A DNA stretch of 64,000 bases from Podarcis gaigeae (taxonomy: Eukaryota), in NCBI GenBank assembly GCA_964106915.2, contig OZ066919.1. The stretch is one strand, 5' to 3'. The notes under the pieces are model-generated. The model made no database searches and had not been told where the DNA came from. It saw nothing but the letters and a program-made list of their open reading frames with translations. Within the stretch, counting starts at the first letter, position 1. Each line of letters starts with the position of its first letter. Positions 36,603 to 49,783 of the stretch are shown here, piece after piece. The position numbers were made by a program, and so were the translations under genes.

Positions 36603-36691
36603 CTGCTTCCCGTAGGAGTCATGTACAGGTGAGACAATTCCACCAATGACAATGAACCTTCCTGTCTTGTGCAGATAATCCCGGGCTCTTT
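36603..36691 (-). CDS. NMNAT2: NMNAT2 exon 2 ([30 protein letters not shown])
   Basis: Read by hand. Acceptor ttctactag|AA and donor CAG|gtgggt; 89 bp; contains SPVHDSYGK. Confidence 0.96.
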
Positions 36692-37664
36692 CTAGTAGAA
36701 AGGAAAGGGCGGCAGGGGGAGAAAGAAACAAAAGAGTATTTAAATTCTTTTCACCAGATATGAAAAAGCAGACCTAACCAGTCCTAATATGTGTGCACAG
36801 AGGACTGCAACGCTTTTCAAAAACAATGGATCTCAAAATCTGTACAAAAGCCATCAATGAATTCTGCCTTGTTCCCTAGGACCCACCTGCATGCAGCCTT
36901 GAGGAATCTCTCTGCCCATCTTTATCTCTGTAAGATAAATTATTTAAATCGAGGAAACTCTTTATTTACTGTGTTTGCAGTTGTTTAAGATAAAACCTAT
37001 TTTGAAAAAAAAAGTACTTTTGCCATTTTTATGGACATTTCCTATTTGTTTACAGATAGTTGCCTTAGTGATATTATGTTGCATCGACTGCAGTAGTCAT
37101 TGTATCACCCACCACCCTGTTCATTGTTTTATTGTTAATTTCCCCAATTAAGCAAGGCAATATTGGTAGCTCTAAAGTCATTGTGCCCATTGCAATGGCA
37201 GGCATGTTGAATTTTTAAACTTACAACTCCTCATTTTTGGAATTTGAAACATGACTTTGGAATTCAAAAAATATTGTGATTAAATTAATAAAATTTAGTT
37301 TTGCTTGGTAAGTAAAAGGTGTGTAAAATTGCATACAAATATTTTTAAAAGATTGCCAAGTACTTGCAATTGTTGTTGCTATTATTAATTATTATTATTT
37401 CACATTACCTAACATTTTCAAAGGGTAAAAATAAAATTATTTGGTTTCCCAAAAGCAGTTTATGTGCTTCTTCCTCAAACACAGACTTGCCAAGTTAAGT
37501 GTCCAATCACAAAATTAATAGCATATTTAAGTTGATGGAGTGGCCCTTTTCCCCATCTCTCTCTCTGTTGCAGTATGACTAACAATCCTGAATCCCTAAG
37601 TACCCTGTGATTATATCTAGCCCTACGCCTTCAGGGAGTACAGCATTTCTACCAACTTTGCAAA

Positions 37665-37800
37665 TCAATCAATCAATCAATAAATAAATAATAACAACAA
37701 TTATTATTATTTATTTATACCCCACCCAACTGGCTGGGTTTCCCCAGCCACTCTGAGCAGCTTCCACCAAAAGATTAAAAATACATTAAAACATCAGTTT
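37665..37800 (-). mobile_element. L2 3' end with microsatellite tail
   Basis: Reverse complement of the end of 51195-51520; further copies near 45850-46000 and 61595-61680. Confidence 0.7.
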
Positions 37801-38399
37801 TAATTTAAATGTATGTTATATATAAATTAAATAGCAACTGGGTGATGTATTGTCCAGTTGGCAAAATCATGCCAGACATTCCTTTGCATTCATCTGTTGA
37901 CTCAATTATCACATTAAAGGAACGTCTGCACACTTTAAAACAAAACAAAACCACAAAGCCTTATCCTACTGACACAGTTTGCTTAGTAGCAAATATAGGC
38001 CAGGCATCACAACTATGATGGGACAAACCTGCATGATACACTTCGGTTTGCAAATATTCAAGAAGCAGCAATATATGATGGTAATTTTCAAACCAAAAGG
38101 ACAAGAACAACTGATGCTGCAGGGGAAAGCCAGGGGAATCTTCACGGGAGTCAAAAGGATTCTTCAGTTGATTAACTGGTTAGTTGATTAATTGGTTAAT
38201 CAATGTTATTCATCTTTTTCATAAAAGTTATATACCGCTTGATAGTAAAAAATGAATAAACCTCAAAGCAGTTTAATTAAAAAATCTTCAACAACAAAAC
38301 ACTGCCCTTGATTAAATTGGGCAGATCTTTTTTTAATAAAAATGTTTTATTTGATCAGGTGATGGCCCTAATCTAAACAAACAAACAAACCAGTAGCTA

Positions 38400-38610
38400 A
38401 GAGAGTGACTGGGAAATCACCAGTCCAAATCTTCCTTCGCCTTCCCCTTCCTAGGTCACCTTACATCAACAGCTCCCTCCTAGCCTCCGCCTTGCAATCT
38501 ACAGATGATAGGACAGACCTACCTTGCAGGGTTATTGTAAGGATGATTGAGACAGTGTATGCAAAGTGCTTTGAAGAGCAAAGCACTAGATAAGCAGTCA
38601 GTATTTTTAG
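38400..38610 (+). mobile_element. MIR/CORE-type SINE remnant
   Basis: acctaccttgcagggttattgtaaggat...tgtatgcaaagtgctttgaa...aagcacta. Confidence 0.6.
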
Positions 38611-39578
38611 CATCTGCATGCAAGCTATTTCAAAGGAAGACTACAGTATCTGGATAATGGCTGAGGCCTTGAAACTACAGCAAAAAAACAAATCAACAAA
38701 CCCAAACATGGTACATTTCTGATGAGAGACTCTGTGACAGAGAGAACTTGGAATTCAGTCAAACAAAAATGCTGCCTAGTACATAACAAAAGGGTTGTAC
38801 GTTAAATCTTCTAAAGCTTTTGAATTCAGAAAGCTCAGGACGTCACTCTGCCTTAATTTTATCCCGGCTGTCCTTGCCAAAACTCCAGTACAGGCACTGC
38901 AAGCCAGTCAGACTGTCAGCCTTAGATCTCAGTGTTGTAGCTTTGTGCGTTCCCGTGTCAAAACCTTCACACAAAGTTGGATCTCTGCTCTTAATTCTGG
39001 CTGTCATTGGCCTCCCAGTTAATATAGTTCCACAAATAGAAAGAGAAGAGAGAAACCACCCTCTGCACTCTGGGGGTTAGCAAAAAACACCTGCAATTGT
39101 CCCACAGCTGTTCTTAACTTCATATCTTAAACATCCTGGGATTAGAGATTCTGAAAAAAAGGACTCCTTTCTTTTACCCTGTCACAATAACTAACAGCCA
39201 AATCTCACAACTGGTGGCTAAAGCAGGCAGTAGCAAGGCGGACCTTTCCGTTAGGCAGAGTGAGGCAACTGGCTCAGGCAGGGGGTGGGCGAGGATGGGA
39301 ATCAGTGGCAAAGCCTTGGGGCAAAACTTGTGTGTTCTTAAAGGGTCTCCATTCAGGTGCAGGGGCAGAGGCCATCTCATCACAGCTGGCAAAGTACGAT
39401 TCAACTGTCAGTCCGGTCAGCTTCTATACCGGGAATGGGGGCTGCTTGTCCTCTCATCCCACACCTCAGGCAGCAAACTTTCTCAGGCTGGCCCTGATTC
39501 TTGGTGATTAAACGCTTGCAAATGGGTGGCAGGGAAAGATAGTTAACTAGGCCTTACGGTCTCTGGGTGGGGTTCACT

Positions 39579-40223
39579 CATACCCTTCAAGTGTCCCGAT
39601 TTTCCTGGGGTGGTTCTGGAATTACAGAAGACACCCCAGCTTCTGATTTGACCCCCCTCCAGCAGCAACAGCACCACCACCGGGCTCAGGGAGGGCAGGA
39701 GGCGGCGCTGGCCCTTGCAGCCAGCGCTGGGCTTGCTGTGGCTCCTGAGTGTGAAGCTGGCTGGGCTGCCGTGGCCGCCATGACAGTGCCCCTGCTGATG
39801 CCAGAAGGGAGGGAGGCCAAGGAGGCAGGCTCTGGGCTTCCCCTGCCCCACACGCCCCCCACCTGCTCACTCCCACCAGCCTCCCCTTGACCCCAAGCAA
39901 TGGAAAGAGGAGGCGGGGTGGGGCAGGGAAAATTTCACCCTCCTCCTCCCTCAGTAAGTGAGTAGCTAGGGAGAAACTACAATTCCCAGGCGCAGCCGTG
40001 CCTCAAGTAGCTACTAGCCCCCCGGCACCTCGCCATGCGGTGGCTACCAGGAGCAAGAGTCCTGGGGGGCGTTTCCTTCCCTCTCTCCCTCGCCTCTGAC
40101 CTCCAGGGGGGGAATGTCACGGCTCCCATCAGTGCTTCACCCACCAGCCTGCTGGCTCACGCAGCAGCGTGGCACCAAAAGATGTGCACCCCAATTTTCA
40201 TCTCAGACATGTTGGAGGGGAAG
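39579..40223. mobile_element. hAT-like element (645 bp) with GC-rich interior
   Basis: Imperfect TIRs catacccttcaa / ttggaggggaag; TSD ggttcact (39571-39578) versus ggttcacc (40224-40231). Confidence 0.65.
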
Positions 40224-40445
40224 GGTTCACCTAACCAGCCCCCTAAGCAGAAGCCCTGCACAAGGACCTCTGCTTGCACAACAGGGCTTGCCCCACCTTC
40301 CCACCCCCACCTTTGGGCTTAGAGGAGAAGTCAGGGTGGATGGGGGGGGGGGGTCAATCCATCTGCCAAGCTGCAATGCTTGTGCAGATGGAACAACCAG
40401 AACAGCATGACGCTAAATTCTACCCACTTTGTCCTTTGTCCAGAT

Positions 40446-40710
40446 CAGGGGTCGGCAAGGTTTACCTGGCCTGGGCTGGTTCACTCCAGTGGAGATTCCT
40501 CCGTGGGCCGGATCGCGCACGCGCCCACAATTTCCAATGTCTGCACAGATGCAATGCCCGGTGCTGCAGAAGCGAGTCCCCGCGCTGCGCTGCTTCACCG
40601 GTTTAGTGCAGCATGCGGGGACTCACCGAGCAGGCGGCTCGGCTCGGGTGTCAGTTAAACGAACCCTGTGGGCTGCTTGTGGCCCACGGGCCTGAGATTG
40701 CTGACCCCTT
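40446..40710. mobile_element. hAT MITE
   Basis: TIR caggggtcggcaa / ttgctgacccctt; perfect 8-bp TSD gtccagat. Confidence 0.9.
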
Positions 40711-41625
40711 GTCCAGATGGACATTCAGCGGCCTGCAGCTAGGAAGTGCTCACTGTAATGCATAACACAGCACAACAGTGTCTGACTACAACTCATAAGG
40801 CAGGCTAGTTTTAGAGAGTGGCAAGATCAAGTGCCTTTTTGGAGGTGCCAAGAATGAGTGGCCAAGGGTCCCACCCCAACAGCACTGACATTCTTAATTT
40901 GCAGAGACAGCAGCCAAGAGGTTCGGAGGCAGCATCAAATAATTATCTGTTTGCAGGCCCCACTAAAGCTCGTTGAGCTCACGGGTTGTGGAACTATCTA
41001 TAATCATAAAGGGAGAAACTATACACATTACAAGGAAGGCAGGTAATTCCAATATAATATTGGGTCTGGGGTGGGAGGTAACGATGGAGGAGCAATTACA
41101 TTACCTTATTTGCACTTCTGAAAACAACATGCAAACTGAAAGGCAGCTATTTTTCCAAAGTTCCTGCTTCTCTAAATTTTCACAGTACAGAGTTATGTGT
41201 GCACAAACATACACAAATATGTATATGAACATTTATATCAAGATGTGCATACAAGTTGTAAGTTGTTTCAAACTGTTTGTAACATTTTAATGTTGTAACC
41301 CATCTTGGGACTTTAGGGTGAAAAATACTGTAAACTGCATATATTGGAATTTTTTATAATCCATTAGATTTGGGGGATCTGCTTTCAAGGATGTGTCTAT
41401 TAAGCAAAATTGGATACAAAAATGGGTCTATCCAGTTAAATTTACCATGAAATCCTGACAAAAAATTATGAGGGCTTTTATTTTTATTTTTAGTTGGACT
41501 GAAGAGAAAACAAGAATTTGTAGGGGAGAGAAAGGGGGGGTAGGAAGGATTAAGCACTCTTTTTCCCTACTCCCAATTGCCCCCAACATAAGCCCACTCT
41601 GCCCCCACATCTTTGTAACCTTAGC

Positions 41626-41760
41626 CAGTGCTCTCTTACTAGAAAAAGAGGTGCCAGAACTCACCATGAACACCTCCCTCTTTCTCTTAGAATGCCAATG
41701 GCACCCACCTGAGAGGTGCCAGAAGTGAGTTCTGGTGAGTTCCCCCTGAAAAAAGCCCTG
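41626..41760. mobile_element. hAT MITE (135 bp)
   Basis: cagtgctctc...aaaaaagccctg; perfect 8-bp TSD accttagc. Confidence 0.88.
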
Positions 41761-42934
41761 ACCTTAGCAAACATGGGTTTGGGAACACAATGTTGGCAGA
41801 GGAAGATGTCATCCCAACTTGTTCTTTCCATGCCTATGGAACCCACAGGACACTCAGTCTGGGAGCCCTGCACTTGGACACACCTGCCATCATCACAGCT
41901 CCCATCCATCTATTTCATTTTTTTTCTGCTGCCTCAGCAAAGCCAGGTAGGGGCAGTTTCCCCATCTTGGTCCTCAGCCCTTGACAGCCTTCCTTCTAAG
42001 TTTTGTGTGCCCTAGAAAAAGGATGCTGTGGGTTATATCTATCCCCTGCTTTGGGCTGTCAGAAAGTGACCCAGAGCACGGGGTCAGGGAGGAATGTGGG
42101 CAGAGTAGAAAACAGAGAAGTAGTGTCACTGGTGCAAAGGTGGCACAGTTCATTTGGAAGTCAGAGGATTCACTGTAACATTAGCAGTACGAAATAACAG
42201 GCAGGAGTTATGTTTTCCTTTTCACAGAGGGAAGCTTCTCTGGCCGCCGAGAAATGTCAAGCCTGCAGCTGATGACTTCAGGATAGGATTTAATGGGCAG
42301 AAACTCACCCTCCACCCCATAATATTGCAGTGAAGGGGAAGAAGCTTAGCCTTTAACATAAAACTCTTGTGTGCAGGAGTTACCAGATGCAGCGCAGTAG
42401 GTCACTTAAAAGTCAAGCTAATTTCACCATTTCTGTTGAGATTGATGATGGGATGCAAGGGCCCTGAATCTTAAAATCTATCACCGCGACCCAAGCTGGC
42501 CCAGGTCCAAGTGGGAAGCTGTCAGCACGGCCTTTTTAAAAGTACTTTTTGTAACAGAGTTAGAGCTCTTGCCTTGGATGGACACTCAACACAGAACAGG
42601 AAGAGGACTGCAGTTGCCATGGAAATTAATTCACATTGTTGGAACAAAAGCAATAGATCACTCCTGGCATTTTGACACCTTCAGATAATAAGGCCTTGCT
42701 GCATTTCAGTCTCGGATTCCTTTAGAATCAAAGAGCAAAATGAAGTTAGTTAAAAGTCAAGGAACAGACATTGCCAAATAAGCAGGACCCCTTTCTCGTG
42801 GCTCACTCTCCAGATCAACATGAAATAGATACAATGCCCAACCATCTTGAGCTGAGTGCAGCTCTGTGATTTCCTAACCCAACAGGAGCTTCTAGACTGG
42901 CCTGCAGTTTGGAATAATGGAGAAAAGTTAGCAT

Positions 42935-43450
42935 TGTTAGGAATTTGTGGGTGCCAGACTCCTATAGAATTTATTCAAGCCTTGGGTGTTGAGATGGGTG
43001 CTGGACTCTTCTAATCCCTGGATTTAGCAAGTGTTAAAAGCTAAATTAAGTCAGGCTAGCTTCCTCTTGAGGTGATAAGCCCTGGGCAATGGGCCATTAA
43101 AAGAACAAAGGACTTGCTGCGAGACGGCAAATGGGTAGGACTCCCTCTCTTAACATATAAAGCCAGAGTTTATGAGTACAGGTTTGCGTATGTGTGTGAT
43201 GTCACTGAGAAGAAAGACCACAAGCTAAAAAGTCAGAGATGCAGAGCACCATGTCTGATGTCTGTTTGAATCCAAGGCTGCAGCTATGGGAGAAACAAGA
43301 CCCTCTTGTTTATGCTGTGTTCATGCTAGGAACCCCCTCTGTCACAGGCTCAGGTTGTATAGATGTGTAAATAAACCATTTATCCTAAATGCACCACAGT
43401 CTCTGCTGTGCCTCATTTCCAAAACTCAGAGATTTGGGTGGTGTGCCACA
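42935..43450 (+). mobile_element. Solo LTR, same family as 28503-29480
   Basis: TG...CA ends; shared blocks tttgtgggtgccagact, aagtgttaaaagcta, ctaggaacccc, gtaaataaa. Confidence 0.78.
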
Positions 43451-45552
43451 GTTTGCACTTTCCAATACAACACGTGAACAGAACAGAGCCAGCCTTTGAA
43501 GTTCACACTACTCCAAATGTGTACAAAAAATGCATGTACCAAAATGTGCATAGAAATGCATATGTTAGTGAAAATAATATACAAACGTGTTATATTAGAA
43601 TCATAACATATAGCATATATTGGGAATATGCTTTGCAAGAATGCATTGTGAGAAATTTATGTGCAAATGCTAGTGAATTTTCATAATGACTTTTAAAAAT
43701 GCAAATTGATGTAAAAGTGTGGCGAGGTGAAATTAAGACAGAAAAAAATAAGACTCAATAAGTTCATAGACTTTTCCCATCCTTATTTACTCATCATTAC
43801 TAATCTCCTGGGGAGTGTTAGGTGTGTTTTAGACCACACTTTCAGCACGCACACAATTATATTGAGACCACAGACTTCATCAGTGCCCCATGTGAGCTGC
43901 ATGGTCCTCTGCAGTATTTCAGAGTGTTCTACAATTCCCTAGTGCCATGGAAGACACAGGGGGGGGGGGTGCTAAGCAGGTGAGATGATATGGAAAAGGT
44001 TCCCAGAATCATAACATCGTAGAATTGTAGAGTTGGAATAAGGTAGGATTGGAAAACCTCCGCTCTCCTGAAACCCTCGTTGTCTTTGCTAAGCATGTTT
44101 CAAACATCTGAAACATTATACATAGTCTAGAATTAGTATCACAGACCTTCCTAGAGAGAAGGCGCTTGTAAATCATGCTTTCTTTGGATGGGATTCATTC
44201 ACAACCTGGCAAAGTCAAGATGCCATCACCACACCAAAAAACCTGTTCCCTGGCAATAGATTGCCTCTCATCCCAAAAAAGTCCTTGCTCTGCATTGCAG
44301 AAGTCAGGTAAAGCCTGAGAAATCTGCATCCGTATAGCTTGTGATGCAAACTGTACCAGCTGTAATCTCTTCTCATGTGCCGCTCTTGTACAGTCGTGCA
44401 GAAACCCTGCCCTCTTTGTCATTTGGCCACCATGCTTCCCAAAGCTGGAAAGCAATGCAGCACTAGGCGTGTGCACATCTGTGTCACAAAGGTGGGGTCA
44501 ATCTCACATGCTGTGGTTCCCATCTGTTAATCTATAAACATGAATGGATTACTGAGGTCTGAGTTCACATAAACAGCAGAAAAAATGGTAAGATTGTTCC
44601 TGGACAATACCATTTTCAACTACAGGAGAGAGGTGGCATGTTCAATATACCAGGGAAAGGATTTGGTTTATCTCTCCAACATGCAAACTTTATATGTGCA
44701 GGGAATATTTCTCCTGATGAAGCATTTAGTCATATGATTTCTTCTACCTGACGTCTGAATGGGAACAATTCAGGAAACTGTACACTTTCATCTGGCATGT
44801 GTGTACACGCACACATGTGAAGTAGGCCTCAACTGGAGCATTTAAATACATGTACAGCTCAATTCTTACTTGATGGCCCTACTGAGTTTGCTGGAACTCC
44901 CAAGAAGATGTGGATCATGGCCCTAGACTTAATTCAAGTTAGAATCACACTTTACAGCTTTCTGCATTTAGGTTTTTTGTGTGCCACTAAACATCATAAT
45001 TTCCCACTGATCCATTGGCTTCTAAAATCCCCCCAGCACACAATAAATCTCACTTCATCCCACCATTTTATTTATTTCTTCTTTCTGCCAAAAATTCTCT
45101 CTGTTTTGAATAGTGCTTCCTTACTCTTCTCAATACGTTTCCCTTCTCTAAATTTGTCTTTCCAACTGTTCATGTGCATAATTTAAGCCTTTGATTGCAA
45201 TGTGGAATGCAAGCTTGAATCAGGAGAATTAGTCCACAGGAGCCTAAATTAGGTGCACAATAGATCATTTTAGAATTCACTCTTGCCTTGTTTCTAAGAC
45301 AACCATGGGGTGGTATCATAACAACGCAACTAAGTGTTACTCACTGAAATCAATATGAATTCCTCACTGTTTCTGAATCCAGCACCTTCCTCCATCAAAA
45401 CCAAATATGGTATACAAATCCAGATTCCAGTTACATTCTAAATGCCCCCCAAAGGCTCTCGATCCAAAAAGACTCAAAATAGCTAAGTTCACAACACATG
45501 GGTATGAAATATCATACTAAAGAAAGAGTACGACCACACACAAATGTCAGTA

Positions 45553-45754
45553 CAGTGGTACCTCGGGTTACAGACACTTCAGGTTACAGACTCCACTAAC
45601 CCAGAAGTAGTACCTCGGGTTAAGAACTTTGCTTCAGGATGAGAACAGAAATTGCACGGTGGCAGCGGGAGGCCCCATTAGCTAAAGTGGTGCTTCAGGT
45701 TAAGAACAGTTTCACCTCCAGAAAAAATTAAGTTCTTAACCCGAGGTACCACTG
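45553..45754. mobile_element. Tigger/pogo-like MITE
   Basis: TA TSD; TIR cagtggtacctcgggtta; same family as 32310-32504. Confidence 0.9.
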
Positions 45755-46251
45755 TATTACGGGGAAATAAGAAAAGTGCCGGATATCCCCATACCCTCCA
45801 TCATTTCTCTAATGAAAATAGGGACATCCTATTCCATAACAATAATATTATTTTCATTATTTATACCCCACCCATCTGACTGGATTGCCCCAGCCACTCT
45901 GGGCAAGTTTCAACAAATATAAAAAGATAATAAAACATTAAAACACTTCCCTATACAGGGATGCCTTTAGGTGTCTTCTAAAGGTTGTGTGGTTACTTAT
46001 TTTCCTTTGCTCAGGGGTTCCATGGGAATGCTAGACGTTTTTTATTGAAGATCAGCCCACCACCATGTTGCATAGTGTGAACTACAACTTTCAAAAGCAA
46101 TCTGTAGTATGGCATGAATGAAGCAGCTCTTCAAAGAAAAATTTCCACTGGGCAGGTACAGTGGTTTTGATCCCAGCTCTGGAGACAGCACAGCAGAAAG
46201 TAGAGACAAGGATAATTTAATAGATGGACAAGTAGTCAGATTTTAGAATTA

Positions 46252-46770
46252 CAGTAGTACCTCAGATTACAGACTCCGCTAATATATAAAAGGATGTCAC
46301 ATAGAGGAGGGAGAAAGGTTGTTTTCTGCTGCTCCAGAGAAGCGGACACGGAGCAATGGATCCAAACTACAAGAAAGAAGATCCCACCTAAACATTAGGA
46401 AGAACTTCCTGACAGTAAGAGCTGTTTGACAGTGGAATTTGCTGCCAAGGAGTGTGGTGGAGTCTCCTTCTTTGGAGGTCTTTAAGCAGAGGCTTGACAA
46501 CCATATGTCAGGAGTGCTCTGATGGTGTTTCCTGCTTGGCAGGGGGTTGGACTCAATGGCCCTTGTGGTCTCTTCCAACTCTATGATTCTGTGATTCTAT
46601 AACCCAGAAATAGTACCTCGGGTTAAGAACTTTGCTTCAGGATTAGAACAGAAATTGCACGGCAGCAGTGGGAGGCCCCATTAACTAAAGTGATACCTTA
46701 GGTTAAGAACAGTTTCAGGTTAAGAACAGACCTCTGGAACAAATTAAGTTCTTAACCAGAGGTACCACTG
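46252..46770. mobile_element. Tigger/pogo-like MITE split by a CR1 insertion
   Basis: The MITE sequence gactccgctaa|cccagaaatag is interrupted by CR1; TA flanks are kept. Confidence 0.85.
46283..46599 (+). mobile_element. Young CR1 LINE 3' end
   Basis: Near-identical to the reverse complement of 56355-56670; ATTCTRTG-type tail. Confidence 0.92.
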
Positions 46771-48807
46771 TATAGCCACTACGAATGTGAAGTCGCTGCC
46801 CTGGCAGCCAGAGGCAAAGCCTCCTTTGAGGACACTTAATTGCTAAGCTGTCAGAACAGACCTGAGGTTCCTCATTCTGGGTTATAACGCTGGAATTTCC
46901 TGCTCTCTAATGGCTTTAGGGTGACAGCAGTGCGTCAGCTGAGGTGTTAGAGAAATGCCCGCCTGTCTCTCTGGAAAAGGCTAGCTGCTGACGCCATCTG
47001 CAGTGGCAGGTCGCTTCTCAGCAACTATCCTGCCTCACCACCAGTGAAGGTTAGGGAGGGCGGTGGACCTTTCGACCCAAACCACTGCTTAACCACACAC
47101 AGCAGGCTGAAAATAAGTTGAAGTTTCTCTTTTAAAAAGAAGAAGCTATCATTAGACAAATAAAAATAAACACAATATAGAAAAAGCAGGACAAAAAAAA
47201 AATGGTTTCAACTGCTTGTTTTGATTGAAGCATTATCTAACTATCTTTTTTTAAAAGTGCTGTTTTATTGTGTTTTTTGTAGTTGTATTGTTAGCCATCT
47301 TGGTGGGGAAACAGGACATGCATTTTAAAAACAAATAATAAAGCAGGTTTTTTTGCTACTGTTGTTTTGACAGTGCTTCAGACAAACATTTGACTTGGAG
47401 GCATTTAAATAATCCTGGTGTTTCCTCCTCTCCCCATATAATCCCCCACTCAATTTTTTTGTCTGTAGCTTGTACTACAGGCTGCTCCCAGCATTCCCAA
47501 TCAACTCAACATGGCGGAAGGCTCAGGTGCTCCCCAACACAGAGACTGGAAGAGGATCAGCTGCTTCCTCCCCTCAGGTTTTTGCACTTGCCTTGGACCT
47601 GATATGCCCATACAGATGTATCAGAGGAGGACAGGCTTCCTGGGGGACTGGACTGTTTCAGACTGGGAGTGAGAGGGCAGATAAAACATGTGATTATGCA
47701 ACAAACCAGTGGATCAGTAAGACGCTGAACTATGATTATTACAAGAGGAACTTGCAGCAAAATATGACAAATGTTCCTGTTCAGGTTTCTGGTCACTCCG
47801 TTAAATTCCACCTCCTGCTTGGTTTTCCTTTATAGCCCCTTCTGCCAGCCCCCCATGTCTACGGAGCAGCGGGCTTGATTTACAAAGCGAGAACGGAGGA
47901 TTCTACAGTATAACATGCATGGCTCATGAAACCCAGAGGTGAAGACAAGCTACAGCTTGTATGGGAATCTGCGGCCCTCCATATTTCTGGACAACAACTC
48001 CCATCATCCCTGACCACTAGTGACCAAACGGCAGGGACTCATATGCCAACACTTGAGTCTGGTGCGACCTGTAGAGGCAGATTTAGAGCAGCATAACCGG
48101 TTCCACAAAAGTGTGGGCACCAAGCCTAGGGCATCGCAAGGAGGACATAGGTTGGATCCACACTGACCTATTTAACGTTATTGTCCCCTATTAGAACAAT
48201 ATTAGATAGGTCATTCTAAAACATCACAGGGCATACGTGTTAATTAAAACAGTTTTTTACTTTGGTCTTTTTTGTCAAATGTAAGTAATACCTGGCCACC
48301 CCATTTTCCAAAACACGGCAGTATTTCTTTCCCTGATACTGGCTGCTGGTTGCTCTGCTCTGCCCTCTGGTGTCACATTTTAATGCTCCCTCCCTCCCTC
48401 TGTGTCCTTTGCTATCTGCCCCTTGAATACCACTGGAGGGGAGTCGGTGTTAGAATGCAGGGGGAAATTGGTAAAACACCGCATAGGGGCATATGAGCAG
48501 GGTTCCACCAATATATCAGCATAGAGCAATTAAAAATTAAGCAATAAAAAGACAAGGTAATAATGCATTGTGAATGTAAAAAGTTGGATGTCATGTGCCC
48601 ATCTACGTTATGAAAACCATTCCCTAACCCTTCCTTAACGTTATAAACCATGAGTGTAGATCCGCCCACAGTGAATATAGCAGAATGGGTGGCGAGAGAT
48701 GAGGGGGCACCAAATTTTGGCCTCACACAGGGTGCTGCTGAAATCTGAAAGCCCCAAGTCCATCCCTGCCATTTGAAGGGCCCTAGGCTTGGCCGGAAGC
48801 TCAGAGG

Positions 48808-48976
48808 CATAGAATCATAGAGTTGGAAGAGACCACAAGGGCCATCGAGTCCAACCCCCTGCCAAGCAGGAAACACCATCAGAGCACTCCTGACATATGG
48901 TTGTCAAGCCTCTGCTTAAAGACCTCCAAAGAAGGAGACTCCACCACACTCCTTGGCAGCAAATTCCACTGTCGAA
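48808..48976 (-). mobile_element. Young CR1 LINE 3' end (short)
   Basis: Near-identical to 56355-56522. Confidence 0.9.
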
Positions 48977-49513
48977 TGACAGCTTTCCATAAGAAGGGAA
49001 ATTTTCTCACGAGTGTCACTTAAACATGCCTTTCCCCCAGGTATACTGTTGAATAGGGGAGTTTTACATATTTGCAGCATGTGATTTACCTGAACACATA
49101 AACTGGCCTTGTGCTACTACTGAGGGTAAAAGCAAGCACACACACCCCGTCTTAAAACGGCTTGTGCCTCTTGAGGAGGCCTGCTCCACCATTTCAGAAC
49201 CATGGCTCCAAGCCAATCTCATTATCGTTCAATATTTTATGTTCTCTTAATGGGGTTTCAGTGGGATTAGCAATGCTGACACACAGCCCACTCTGTTCTA
49301 TAAGGCAGACTTTAATTGTGTTCTGACTTGATCTGCCTTCTGGTCACTGAGTTGTATGTCCTCCTGGTAAGATCTGATCTTGGCTGGCACTGATGAGGCG
49401 ATTATGCTCTTTACTTCTTAGTAGCAAGTTCAATGTTTTAATGATTAGGAATCATTCTGAACCAAATGGACTTCACTGCTCCTTTTGAGATTTTTCAATG
49501 CCCTTTAATTGAG

Positions 49514-49783
49514 CAGGGGTCGGCAACCTAAGGCCACTGGGCCACAATAGGCCCATGGGGGTTGTTTAACCAGCCCACGAGACACCCCCGAACCAAGCCG
49601 CCCACTCAGTGAGTCTCCGCGTGCTGTGCTAAACCGGCGCAGCGTGGCACGGGGACTCACTTCTGTGGCACTGGAAATTGTGTCTGCGCAGATGCCAGAA
49701 ATCGCAGGCACACACACTGATGAACGCACGCGATCCGGCCCATGGAGGGATCTCCGCTGGCGAGGCAAACCTTGCCGACCCTG
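49514..49783. mobile_element. hAT MITE, inverted relative of 40446-40710
   Basis: caggggtcggcaa...ttgccgaccctg; interior homologous in reverse. Confidence 0.85.

Noticed and set aside
38719-38760. Hammerhead ribozyme-like CTGATGA plus hairpin
   Set aside because: No correctly placed GAAA and no stems I or III; CTGATGA sites near 42270, 44715 and 49390 fail in the same way.
39567-40322. Ala/Gln/Pro-rich ORFs as a nested gene
   Set aside because: GC-rich DNA is poor in stop codons, the ORFs lie within a TIR/TSD-bounded element, and no homology was recognised.
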